Source: Octopus vulgaris
Taxonomy: Eukaryota
Assembly (NCBI GenBank): GCA_951406725.2
Contig: OX597824.1
Location: 32,674,001 to 32,738,000 of the forward strand
Length of the DNA stretch: 64,000 bases
Direction of reading: 5' to 3'
The notes beneath the pieces were generated by a model, which was given only the letters and a program-made list of their open reading frames with translations, did not search any database and was not told the origin of the DNA. The translations under genes were made by a program, and so were the position numbers. Shown here one piece after another: positions 13,267-25,863 of the stretch. Numbering within the stretch: the first letter of the stretch is position 1; every line of letters starts with the position of its first letter.

Positions 13267-13830
13267 AGTGTAGCTGTGTGATAACAAGCTTCCTTCCTAA
13301 CCACAGGGTTCTGGGTTCAGTCCCACTGCATAGCACATTGGGTAAATGCCGGCAGACACGTTAGTGCGCCGGACGAAATGCTTAGCAGTATTTTGTCTGT
13401 CGTTACGTTCTGAGTTCAAATTCCGCCGAGGTCGACTCTGCCTTTCATCCTTTTGGGGTCGATAAATAAAGTACCAGTTTTACACTGGGGTCGATGTAAT
13501 CGACTTAATCCCTTTGTCTGTCCTTGTTTGTCCCCTCTATGTTTAGCCCCTTGTGGGCAATAAAAAAATATATTATAGCCTCAGGCTGAACAAAGCCTTG
13601 TGAGTGGATTTGCTAGACAGAAACTACTGAAAAAAGCCCATCATATGTATGTATATAACTATGTATGTGTGTCTTTATGTCTGCTTGTTCCTCACTTCTG
13701 CTTGACAACTGGTGTTGGTATGTTTACATCCTCATAACTTAGCAGTTCGGCAAAATAGGTCAATAGAATAAGTATCTGGAGTTGATTTATTTGACTAAAA
13801 ACTCTGGTGTAGACACATCAGCACCCATGA
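13267..13830 (+). mobile_element. SINE family B containing a family A copy (about 13350-13570)
   Basis: The B head stops at TGGGTAAATG, a family A body follows, and the B body resumes at TATAGCCTCAGG. Confidence 0.75.
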
Positions 13831-15081
13831 GTGAGGAATAAAGTCGAACGTTAAAAGATTTCTTCAGCATTTTCTCACTATATAGGCAGAGGAGTGGCCG
13901 TGTGGTAAGTAGCTTGCTTACCAACCACATGGTTCTGGGTTCACATATTCCCACGAAACTTCTTCCAAGGAAGAAGCCGACTCAACCCGCCCAGGGTGAA
14001 TCTCGCCACAAGTACAATTAGTTTCTATAGAAGGTTAGCACCTTGTACTAGTATCCAATTATTAGGCCTCTTGCAGGTACCTTCCCATTTTGTAGTTTGC
14101 CTACTGTTATGGTGAAAGATTCGGGGTTGATTGTATACGTTTTGCTGTTGATGTTGGTACAATATTCATTGCTAACTGTATTTAGTCATGATGTTTTCTG
14201 GTTAACATCTATCTCTCTTATCAATCCAGATCTTAGACCAGAATGATTGAAGATCTTCCTAAGAAAGGGCTTTTTTAATGGCAACAAATCATGTCTGTGG
14301 ATTGGAAGCAAACTTGTGATTTATTCTGACCTGGGTAGATATTTTTCTCTGATAATGGTTTTCACTTAGCATTCTGAATTCATGCCTTAAAGTAATAAGC
14401 TTTCCCTTCAAGAGTTTGGCAAGAAGAGTTGTCATGTATGCAAGCATTTATCTCTCTCTGCCATTCTCTCTCTGTTCTTCTTTCTCTCACTCTCTCTGTG
14501 TCTGTCTAGAGAGAGAGAGAGAGAGAAAGAGAGAGCAATAAGAAAATGGAGGGGATCAATAGGTGGTTCATCAACTTTTAGACATTATATTATGTCAACT
14601 TATCTATATATATATCTGTATGCTATTATATATGTATATACATGTATATACATATATATGCATGTGTATGTGAGGGTACAATATAGATATAAAAAAACAT
14701 ATACATATATGTACATGTGTAAATGTATGTGTGTGCCTGAGAGTATATATATATATGTGTGTGTATATACATATATATATATATATATATGGGTGGGTGG
14801 GTGTTTAACAAACAAGAAGTATTATTTATCTGGGTCCAACTGTATGTTTAGTCCAGTTGGCCTTTCAGTTGGTTGCCACCATCAGCAAACTGAGATGAAA
14901 TAACTGATAATGGTTTAAAATGTTCTAAACTGTACTAGGCATATTTCCAAAGGGTCACATGGTCTCTGACGTCAATTGGCATGTAATATTCATTTGGATA
15001 AGCCTGTCTTAAAGTTCAGGTGTAGGAATTTGGACATGTGTTGGGAGCTAGACATGTTACACATACATGTATATATATATG

Positions 15082-15132
<51 letters not shown>

Positions 15133-15310
15133 GAATATACATACATATATGCATGTACATACACACACACATAAACAAACATATATATGTATACTTACAT
15201 ACATTCATATATATATATATATATATATATACATATGAATATACATACATATATGCATGTACATACACACACACATTAACAAACATATATATGTATACTT
15301 ACATACATTC

Positions 15311-15343
<33 letters not shown>

Positions 15344-15454
15344 TATACATATACATATATATATATACATATGTATATATATATATATATATATACATAC
15401 ATACATACATACATACATACATACATACATGCATACATACATACATACATACAC

Positions 15455-15507
<53 letters not shown>

Positions 15508-15790
15508 CATATATATATATATATATGCATGACATTTATAGCCTTGCTCATTATCATTTTGCTTTCCTTAAGTTTCTTGGAACTATATGCTCAGAGGTGA
15601 CCTCTTCCACTATCTTTTCTCATTTACATCTTGGAAGCAAAGTTAAGACACAACCCTGAAGGAAATACATATGCAATAAAGAAATAAATCTTCACAATAG
15701 ATTTTTTATTTCAATTCTGATGTTATTTGATGTAATCTCTTGTCATAATAATTTTGTTAAATCTTCAGTATTTGTTAATCAATTTTTATA

Positions 15791-16032
15791 TTCTGTTGTG
15801 TCTGGGGAGAGCCATTTTCTTTTTGTGCCTTATAATATAACACACTCACCAGTAAAATTTCCACTTATTTCTTATTTTTATTTTCCTAAAATTTTCGTTG
15901 CGTCTGGCAACCTTTTCAATAGTCAATACTATTTTAGGAAAATAAAAATAAGAAATAAGTGGAAATTTTACCGGTGAGTGTGTTATATTATAAGGCACCG
16001 AAAGAAAATGACTCTCCCCAGACACAACAGAA
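15791..16032. mobile_element. Foldback MITE with 102-bp terminal inverted repeats, TA-flanked
   Basis: 15791-15892 is the near-perfect reverse complement of 15931-16032, with a 38-bp spacer and TA on both sides. A related copy lies at 45150-45325. Confidence 0.85.
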
Positions 16033-16843
16033 TATGCTTCAACACACGAATTCATATAAAGAACCTTGCAAACCAAATCCAAAAACGAAATTTTTATATT
16101 GTTTTAATCATCTATTTTTGTTTATTACAGGGGTTTGGTTCTGAAAATTACAGTGGTAAATGAATCATCTCTGCACACTTTCTAAATGTTACCATCATTG
16201 GCACTAAACTCATGGCCCTCAGCAGCAAAACTGTCCACTGTCCTGTATTTTCTTGATCATCTCTATGTTTTCTTGAACAGAATGCACACATCTGCATCAT
16301 TAGATACCTTCCTATTTTTCTCCTGTTTTCTGGTCCGATGCCGATGGAGGCAAGGACAAAACTCCGTACCAGTTAATATACAGCCTTGCTGTATGATCAT
16401 ATGACGTCCTAATAATCCTGTGCTTGACAATTCAGTGCAAGGACAATTCTTCCCAAAGACATCGTGTTTATGTGTATATGAAACTTAATTTCATTTATTT
16501 TGTTTTCAAAATTTCTAAACTTTTCAGCTTTGTCATTACAAGCTTGCTGGTATCTCAACAACCACTGAAAAAATTTTTAGGTTTTGAGAATGTTATTAGT
16601 AAAAGATACCAATGAATAAATAGTAATGTTTTAGATTGTTAATACTAACAACCATTGAATAAGAGGTAGCATTTAAAATTGTTAATAGTCCAAAATTCTT
16701 TTTTTTTACTATTCATATGAGTATACTATTTGATTACTGGTGCATCTGATGATGTCTCAAGAAGAATGATCCAAGATAAAATAAATGAAATTAAATTCAT
16801 ATACACATAAACATGATGCACTGAATTGTCATGTATGCATGCA

Positions 16844-16892
<49 letters not shown>

Positions 16893-17008
16893 GTATGGTA
16901 TTATATATGTATGTGCATGTATATACATATATATATGCATGTGTATGTGAGGGTACATATAGATATAAAAATACATATATGTACATGTGTAAATGTATGT
17001 GTGCCTGA

Positions 17009-17056
<48 letters not shown>

Positions 17057-17349
17057 ATATATATGGGTATGTGTGTTCATGTGATGATATATTGTTGGTT
17101 CATGTGATCATATAAACACAAGTGAATATCAGTGTATTCTGGGTGGCTAAGTATTGTTAGTGACTACTAGGGGTGTTTTGGGTGTACAAGCAGAATCAAC
17201 AACAAACAGTTTGATAGGTATTGATACACCAGAAGGCTGCACTGAGCCCCAATGTCACTTTTGGCTTGATTTCTACAGCCACATACACCCTCCCAGAGTA
17301 TATTGGGTGCCTTTTTTTTTCATGACACCAGGATAAACATATATATGTA

Positions 17350-17680
17350 GGTGGCATGGCTATGTGGTAAGATGTTTGCTTTCCAGCCACATGGCTCTAG
17401 GTTCAGTCTCACTGTGTGGCACCTACTATAGCCTCAAGCTGACCAAAGCCTTGTGAGTGCATTTGGTAGAAGAAAATTGAAAGAATCCCATTTTGTGTGT
17501 ATGTGTGTGTTTATCTCTCACACCACATGACACCAAGTATTGGTATACTTGCATCTCTGTAGCTTAACAGTTCAGCAAAAAGTGAGCAACAAAATAAAGT
17601 GCATTTGACTAAAATTCTTCAAGGTGGTGCCTCAGCATGACTGCAGTCTAATGACTGAAACAAGTAAAAGATAAAAGAAA
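17350..17680 (+). mobile_element. SINE family B, degenerate
   Basis: Head, GACCAAAGCCTTGTGAGTG body and GACTGAAACAAGTAAAAG tail. Confidence 0.7.
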
Positions 17681-18007
17681 AGTATGTATGTGTACGAGTG
17701 TGTGCATTATGTATGGGCGTCTACATAGTTTCCATATACTAAAGTTCACTAACCACTGAGACTATTGTAGAAAACACCTGTAGAAAATTTCACACAGTAG
17801 AATTGAAGCCATGACCCAATATTCACTGTATGAACTCCTTAACCAGTCAGCTATGTCTTCACCCAATACTTAGTATAGAGTAAATCAGTACACCATTTCT
17901 CCATGTTATACACTTTTGAAGTAATTACACTTTCAATATAACATCAGAAATATACTCTACAAGAATGGGATGACTATATTTATAATAATAAAGATAATAA
18001 CAATAAT

Positions 18008-18942
18008 AACAAGAGTACTCAGAGAGTGCAAACCTCTGACAAGTTAACGCCAACGTCCTCTCAATGATTAGTCAGGGATGATTTTTAAAATGAGAATATC
18101 TGAAATAAACTTGACTGCTCTCACAGACGAGAATACTAAAAATGAACTCTCAAAAATTAAGTAAAGAAAAAACCCAGAAAAATAACCCAGAATCCTTGTT
18201 TGGTACCTGATCGATCCCAATGGTAGTCATGGAATGTGAAGGTGGCTGTAGAAAATTTAGTAACAACAATAAATAGTTTATCCATATCTAATACAAGCCA
18301 AAGTTAACAAATTCACCATTCAAAATAGTTTCAAAGGCAGAGATAATAATAATAATAAGTTCTACTCAGGTATTTTTAAATGAATAGCATGTGACCTTTT
18401 GGTTTTCTCTTCTCTTAAATTCCAGACTTCCTTTAGTATTCTTGTTGTTTTAGATCAATGTATAGATGTTTGTATATAAGTATATTGTAAAATGTTAATA
18501 ATTATGTATATTATATAATATATATATACATATCATAAATATGTTTTATGTTATTTAATTTCTGAGTGATTCTGCTGCCGTTTGTTTATGTAGCTTGATT
18601 TTTTTATCCATCAGTTTCTACTAAAATAGAGACACAGGTAAAATTGATAATAGGGAATTGAAAATAAAACTTTGGAAACAGCCTTAAGTGAGATAATTGA
18701 GAAAGACCTGAACATCTATGTAAGATAATAATCATGTAAAATAAATATAACAAATAATCCAGAATCTGTGTCCGGTACTGGATCGATCCCAAAATCTAAC
18801 CAGTTTGTGCCAGTCATGGAGCCAAACATCCCTGAAAGTTTCATTCAAATCTATCCAGTGGTTCTTGAGATATCTTGTCCACAGATAAACAAACAAACAC
18901 GACTGAAAACAATACCTCCACCTTTCCTAAGGTGGAAGTAAT
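18008..18942. mobile_element. Helentron/DINE-1-like non-autonomous element, interrupted
   Basis: AACAAGAG terminus, (AAAC)n, and a terminal hairpin ATACCTCCACCTT-tcct-AAGGTGGAAGTAAT (18912-18942). 40-bp direct repeats at 18181-18220 and 18753-18792 flank unrelated DNA. Confidence 0.5.
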
Positions 18943-18954
18943 TATAATTATAAT

Positions 18955-19682
18955 AATTCTTTCTATGACAGGTACAAGACATGAAACTTATTGGGAGATG
19001 GTTAGTCAATTACATTGACCCCAGTGCTTAATGATCCTTATTTCATCGACCCCAGAAGGATAAAAAGGCAAAGTCATCTCAGCAGAATTTGAACTCAGAA
19101 TGTAAAGACAAACAAAATGCTGCTAAGTTTTTTTGTAATAACAATAATAATCCTTTCTACTTTAGGCACAAGGACTCAAATTTGAGGAGAGATGGCTAAT
19201 TAATTACATTGACTCCAGTGCTCAACCTGTACTTATTTCATCGACACCGAAAGGATGAAAGGAAAAGTCAACCTCAGTGGAATTTGAACTTACGAGATAA
19301 AATGCTGCTAAGCATTTTGTAACAAGAAGAAGAAGAAGAAGAAGAAGAATAGTGAATGCCGACATAGCCAGAGAGAAGAAGAGATTGTTTCTACAATCTC
19401 AGATGACAATTATTCTTGTGGTAATCAGTGCACTTGGCACAACACCCAAACTACTACCTATGAGGCTGAAAGATATTGGAACTGAAAAATTACATTGTCA
19501 ACCTATAGAAAAGTGCATTTCTGTATTATGCAAGAATCCTCAGAAATGTTCTCGAGACTGGAAGAGACTTTGTGTCACCAAACCTCAAGACATGTCTATA
19601 GTATTTTTAACAACAACAATATTACTTATAATAATAATAACAATAATAATATTAATATCATTTTTAACAGCAACAATATTAC

Positions 19683-19717
<35 letters not shown>

Positions 19718-19905
19718 GTGTCAAATTTTGGTATAAAGCCAGCAATTTTGGGGGAGGTCTAAGCTGATTATATCAACCCTAGTGCTCAAATGGTACTTAT
19801 TTTATTGACCCTGAAAGGTGAAAGGCAAAATCAACTTAGGTGGAATTTGAACTCAGAGCATAAAAACAGATAAAATGCTGCCCAGTATGCTTACAATTCT
19901 GCTAG
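18955..19905 (-). mobile_element. Cluster of three old family A SINE copies (about 18955-19130, 19150-19320, 19720-19905)
   Basis: Three occurrences of GAAAGGCAAAGTC...GAATTTGAACTCAG-like sequence separated by (AAT)n. Confidence 0.7.
19355..19600 (+). mobile_element. R4/Dong-like LINE, degenerate C-terminal restriction-like endonuclease fragment
   Basis: Translates DIAREKKRLF...TIILVVISALGTTPKLLPMRLKDIG, resembling the DLARELKRLW...VIPVVIGALG motif. Followed by (AAT)n. Confidence 0.6.
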
Positions 19906-19908
19906 CAA

Positions 19909-20407
19909 GCAAATATTCTGCTCAGTACCACAGATTTGCTTGTCAGTTGTTTGACCATAACCAGTTTAGTATGTTCCTTAGTGGCTGATGATATGTGCAT
20001 CTCTGACCACGAGCAGAAGTAGTGGGGGAGCATCATAGTCATGTGTTGAGAGGGATTCTTTGGGGTTTGGATAATTCACTTCTGAAAACATAGGTGTTTC
20101 GTTCAACATCCTTAAACAACCCTTATTCCAGGACCTTTTGAGCAGGGTGGGCTTCTTGACCTGGAAAAAATTCTAACTGGGCCCCACCTGCAAGGTCACG
20201 TGCTGTTAATCTTAATATGAGATCAACATGTCGCACACATATGGCTGTGATGTGCCTGGTGTGATGTGCCTTAGACAGGTAATCATGATGGGTATACCGG
20301 GCTTCGAGCTTCATATATTTCACTCCAGTGTCACTTTGATGGCATGCACGGCTCTCTCACTCAATAACAACAACAACAACAACAATAATAATAATAATAA
20401 TAATAAT
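19909..20407 (+). mobile_element. (AAT)n-tailed retroelement 3' segment, copy 1
   Basis: About 450 bp highly similar to 51770-52213. Both copies end in CTCTCTCACTC followed by (AAT/AAC)n. Confidence 0.75.
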
Positions 20408-21489
20408 GTACACTAATGAACCTAATTAATGAAATGAGATCTTTTGCATTTTTATACATCAGTAAATACCATTCTCTAGAAATCCCATTATATTGTACTT
20501 CTTATGAAGAAAATCACAGCATTCATGTTTTCAAATAATTGTAATCCTATCTTTTCTTAGTTTTTTTTTTATTATATTTCTAGTTTAGAATCTAAAAATA
20601 TAATCAATGAATGTGGATTAATTTCAACCACTCCCTTGACTTTTAAAGCTATCTTTATTACATTAAAGGAAAAAAAATCCACACAGCAACCATTTGATAA
20701 TTTTTTATTCATAGAATACAGAAAGAGCATCATAAAAGATTAGCTTTTCATGAGAAAATAAGTTGGCAGCAAATGAGGAAAATAGTGAAGAGATGCAAAT
20801 AATTATTGCAGTTTGATTACTTTTGATACTATTAATCCTTTACATTATTTTTATTCTATGATTTTTATATCTCACTTCATTAAATACCATCTAGATGGTT
20901 TTAAAACGTTTTTCTTATTATTTTTAATTTTTAAATAAAATAAACTATTTTGCCTAGAAAGCTTTGACATTGAGTTACTGGTTTCTTCAAAGATCAAATT
21001 ACAAAGTTATTTGACTGTCTGATTGTCTAGACTTTTTAAAAGCATTAGCTGGTGAATTTGTGCCAATTATGAAATGTAATACTTGTTGTAGTTGTTGTTA
21101 TTGCTGATTAACCTTGAGTCAATCCAAATCAAAGAGAGATCTATGATCAGAAGTGTTCCAGTTATGACTGTCCTGCCTTTCGTTTTTCTTTTTTTTTTTC
21201 AGACATAGTATATGGCGGTGCCCCAGCCATATGGCGGTGCCCCAGCATGGCCACAGCTCATGAGCTGAAACTAGAATCAATCAATCATATCTCAGATTAC
21301 ATTATTCAAAAAAGAAAAGAAAAAAAATGTATGGACACAGATCATGTCAAATAGCCAGTTGGGGACGATGTCTCATGGGGCTAAATTACAGCAACATTCG
21401 TCCTAAACCAGGACTGCCATGTTATGTTGGCAAATAATCTTTACTACATTATTCAATGTTTCCCTCTTTTCCAAGTAAAATAGCTAGGT

Positions 21490-21880
21490 ACAGGCATGAC
21501 TGTGTGGTTCAGAAGTTCATTTTGTAACCAAATAGTTCTGGGTTTAGTCCCATTGCATGGCCCCTTGGGCATGTGCCATCAGCTGTAGCTTTAGGCCAAC
21601 CAATGTCTTGTGAATGAATTTGGCAGATAGAAACTGTATGGAATCCTGTTGTATACTTGTGTGCATCTTTGTGTCTGCGTTTGTCCCCCACTACTAGCTT
21701 GACAACCAGTGTTGGTTTGTTTATGTCCCTATAACTAGGTAGTTCAACAAAAGAGACCAATAGCATAAGTGCCAGACATAAAAATAAGTACTGGGGTAGA
21801 TTCGTTTGACTAAAACCCTTCAAAACAATGCTCCAGCATGGCCACAGTAAATTGAAACAAGTATAGATAAGAGATAAAAG
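21490..21880 (+). mobile_element. SINE family B
   Basis: Head to tail recognisable, CpG-decayed. Confidence 0.75.
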
Positions 21881-22047
21881 TGGTTTGGGTGGGTGCTATT
21901 TCTAGTAAGCTGAACGACCACACAGAGTCTCCCCCATTAACTCATGTAAATTATAGACAAGAAATCGTTTTAGACAATAACCATATTATTGTCTAATTAT
22001 ATTAGACAATAACTATATCTAACAACTATAGAAAATAATATCTATAC

Positions 22048-22302
22048 TAATGATTCTTAACTATTTTTTGCCTTAGGACCCCTCTGATTTCTGTTTTACT
22101 CTCCTGGAACCCCATAACCATTCAATGTCTCAAAAAATCCTATTATATTTTTATAATTAAATATTATTAGGAATTGTATATAAAAAATTGTTAAAACACT
22201 TTTTGCATTGTAATTATATAACCAGTTTATTGCATGTAAATTTTAACAACAAAATCTTATATGGACCGCAAGTGTCATACAGACACTGGTTGAGAACCAC
22301 TA
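22048..22302. mobile_element. hAT-type MITE, degenerate
   Basis: TIRs TAATGATTCTTAAC and GTTGAGAACCACTA (CAGTGGTTCTCAAC type). Imperfect 8-bp flanks ATCTATAC and ATCTTATA. Confidence 0.55.
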
Positions 22303-22309
22303 ATCTTAT

Positions 22310-22538
22310 ATTCTTTTATTTTTTTTACTTCGGTCAATTGACTGTGGTCATGCTGGAGCACTACCTTTTAGTTGAAGAAATTGACCCCTGGGCTTATTCT
22401 TTGTAAGCCTAGTGCTTATTCTATCGGTCTCTTCTGATGTACCGCTAAGTTATGGGCACATAAACACACCAATATTGGTTGTCAAGTGATGTGTGTGTGA
22501 GGCGGGGGGACAAACACAGATATAAACACACACATAAA

Positions 22539-22600
<62 letters not shown>

Positions 22601-22760
22601 TAGGACAGGCTTCTTTCAGTTTCCATCAACCAAATCCACTCACAAGGTTTTGGTCAGCCTGAGGCTATAGTAGAAGACACTTGCCCAAGGTGCTATGCAG
22701 TGGGAATGAACCTGGAACTATGTGGTTGGTAAGCAAGCTACTTACCACACAGCAATTCTG
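22310..22760 (-). mobile_element. SINE family B
   Basis: Near full-length, homologous to 60592-61032. Confidence 0.8.
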
Positions 22761-23544
22761 CCATTTTTTAAGTTACCATCTCAAGTTCTAGAAGCCATAG
22801 GGTCAGTTACTTGATTTCCATGGGGTATAAGGGACTGAGATTACAATACTCTCCTTGAATGGGATGCCACTTCATCACAGAATTATTCACAGCTGAGTGA
22901 ACTGGAGCAACATGAATTGAAGTGTTTTACTCAAAAACACAATACACTATCTGGTCCAGGAATTGAAACTGTGATCTTGTGATTATGAGTGCAACACTCA
23001 AACCACTAAGCCATACACCTTCACTTTTTCAGCCAAAATTTAATCAGCACAGGAATGGTTGAAGTGACAGAGGACATATCACATGAAAGAACAGATTCAC
23101 TCTTCACTGCATTTCAAATTAAATTATTTATAATTAAATTGCACAAGCAAACTGTCTGGTTTCATCAATGTTGGTCTCAGTTGATCAGATTGAATCATCG
23201 ATACTCAGCAAACACACACACACACAAATACACACACACAGTACGCACACACGTGCACATACACACATGTGTGTGTCTGTGTGTCAATGCTTATAATTTA
23301 TGTTCTTTTATGTCCTGTATTTTATCAACAAATAGAGTTGATAAAATAAGTGCTAGACTGCAATAAATATTAGTGTTAATATGACCAACTATAAACCTTG
23401 AAGGTGGTACCCCAGCATGGCCACAGTCTAAGGACTGAAACCAGCAGAAGAATAAAAGAATTCATTGACAGAAAACTTCTGGATGGTGCCAAAGAATAAG
23501 GAGTTCTAACTGAAAATTCTTATTCCAGATAAAGTTAAAGGTTT

Positions 23545-23930
23545 TATTCTTTTACTTGTTTCAGTCATGTGACTGTGGCCATGCTGGAGCACCACCTTTA
23601 GTCGAGCAAATCGCCCCCAAGACTTATTCTTTGTAAGCTAGTACTTATTCTATCAGTCTTTTGCCAAACCGCTAAGTTACGAGGACGTAAACACACCAGC
23701 ATCAGTTGTCAAGCGATGTTGGGGGGACAAACATATACACACACATACATATATATAAACATATATATGATGGGCTTCTTTCAGTTTCCGTCTACCAGAT
23801 CCACTCAGAAGGCTTTGGTCGGCCCGAGGCTATTGTAGAAGACACTTGCCCAAGGTGCCATGCCGTGGGACTGAACCCGGAACCATATGGTTGGTAAGCA
23901 AGCTACTTACCACACAGCCACTCTTACGCC
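23545..23930 (-). mobile_element. SINE family B
   Basis: Full-length, homologous to 60592-61032. Confidence 0.85.
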
Positions 23931-24909
23931 TTTTTGCTAACAGTTAACCCTTTGCCTATCCAAAGCTTTTTCATAAACCCATGCTAAAAGCTCATGCTTG
24001 TCTTCAAAATTTTAGTGACTCCTTATTTCATACACTCTGGGTATTATAATTTTTTTTCTTTTAGAAGTCCCAAGTTCATCTGGTGGTTGAAAGAAAAAAA
24101 AACCCTCAAAAAACACACACAAAAAAAAAGAGAAAGGGACACTGTTTATCACACATGATGCATGGACATCAGGGAAATATTTTCTATTGCATGTGATACA
24201 CAGGACATGCAAAAGGTTAAAGTAATAGAAGACACATGTAAACTGATTAACTTTCTCTAAGCCTGTAAATACTCTATTATTATACTATAAATATGTTGTC
24301 GTTCTTTATCTGTCATCTGCAAAGGAAGATGGAAAACAAATCAACTGGATTCCTTTCACAATGAAAAATAGCTTTCATCTTCATTTTTTCTAGAATAGTT
24401 TGGACATAAAAAACAAACACAGATCAATAATAGAATGGTTGAAAATATGTCCACAAACTGATTCCACTGTCTGGTTTTTGGAATATATTATTCATAACAG
24501 CAATTATGGTTATTATGTTTCGTAAATTACGGTTCCAAAATTGACTAGCATACATCTGTGTACACCTACAGTTTGAAGATGCTAAGTTTAGTATGTGTGG
24601 GTGAGGTGGGGTGGGGATGGGGTCTTGTAAGCTGAAACCCCGAAGATTCAGCTTGCCTGGTAAGTTGAAACTTCACAATCATTCCCAATCTATTTTTTGT
24701 AAAAATTAATACACACACACACATAAACATACACACACACACGCACACACACACAAATGATGATGGTGATGATGATATATAGAGGGCAATAGTGTCAAAC
24801 TCTCCCCTTTCCTAAAAGCCAATTGCATAAGAATGGCCATTGTAAAGGTGATTACACTGGCGGTGCTCTAGCATAAACACAGGCATTGGGCTGAAGCATA
24901 TAAAAGAAT

Positions 24910-24961
<52 letters not shown>

Positions 24962-25464
24962 TCTCTTTTGTATCCCTCTCTCTTTCCCAACTCATGACTC
25001 ATTGATATTTACCCTTAAACTTTACCCGACATGTTACAGTTGCTGGCTGTCCTCATCCAACTACCTCTGCTCACTTCGTGCCCTAAGGGACCACCTGGAC
25101 ACCTTATCACTTCCGTCTATCTCTTCACCACTCATTCTGATCGTTCTTTTTCTTCCTGAGTAAATGTGTGAGGAACCATGCAGCTCTTCTACAAGAACCT
25201 GCTCCGCCCTCCATTCTCAGCCCGTAACATAAAGCCGCCTCACCTTCCACGGGGTTCGTACACTTTGCAAGCTGCGTAGTGATCTCAATAACACTGGTGT
25301 CATGAAAAACAAAAAGCACCCAGCAAAGCTGTAAAGTGGATGGCATTAGAAAGGATATCCAGCTGTAGAAACCATGTGCAAGCAGACACTGGTGCATGAT
25401 GCAGCCTTTGGATTCATCAAATCATTGGTAAAAAATAAATGTGTGTGTGTGTAATACATATATT

Positions 25465-25863
25465 TAATTCTTTAATATCCACAAGGGACTAAACATAGAG
25501 GGGGACAAACAAGGACAGACAAATGGATTAAGTCGATTACATCGACCCCAGTGCGTAACTGATACTTATTTAATCGACCCCAAAAGGATGAAAGGCAAAG
25601 TTAACCTTGGTGGAATTCGAACTCAGAACGTAGCGCCAGACGAAATACCTATTTCTTTACTACCCACAAGGGGCTAAACACAGAGAGGACAAACAAGGAC
25701 AGACAAACGGATTAAGTCGATTATATTGACTCCAGTGCGTAACTGGTACTTAATTTATCGACCCCGAAAGGATGAAAAGCAAAGTCGACCTCGGCGGAAT
25801 TTGAACTCAGAACGTAGCGGCAGACGAAACACCGCTTAGCATTTCGCCCGGCGTGCTAACGCC
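25465..25863 (-). mobile_element. SINE family A head-to-tail dimer
   Basis: Two units joined at CGAAATACC|TATTTCTTT (25650/25651). Flanked by TGTGTAATACA(T/A)ATAT direct repeats at 25448-25463 and 25867-25882. Confidence 0.85.

Noticed and set aside
13945-14010. Hairpin CTTCTTCC-AA-GGAAGAAG in a GC-rich patch, considered as an HDV-like ribozyme
   Set aside because: I could not assemble P1, P1.1 and P2 pairings on either strand.
16131-16460. Possible RyR exon 2 (minus-strand FAAEG) or a plus-strand exon after a TTACAG acceptor
   Set aside because: The context is FAAEGHEF followed by a stop, not CLAAEGFGNR. No frame resembles RyR or any protein I recognise.
24258-24340. Strong minus-strand acceptor TTTTCCATCTTCCTTTGCAG followed by MTDKERQH
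   Set aside because: A stop occurs after 19 codons, there is no RyR similarity and no clear donor. At most a cryptic site.
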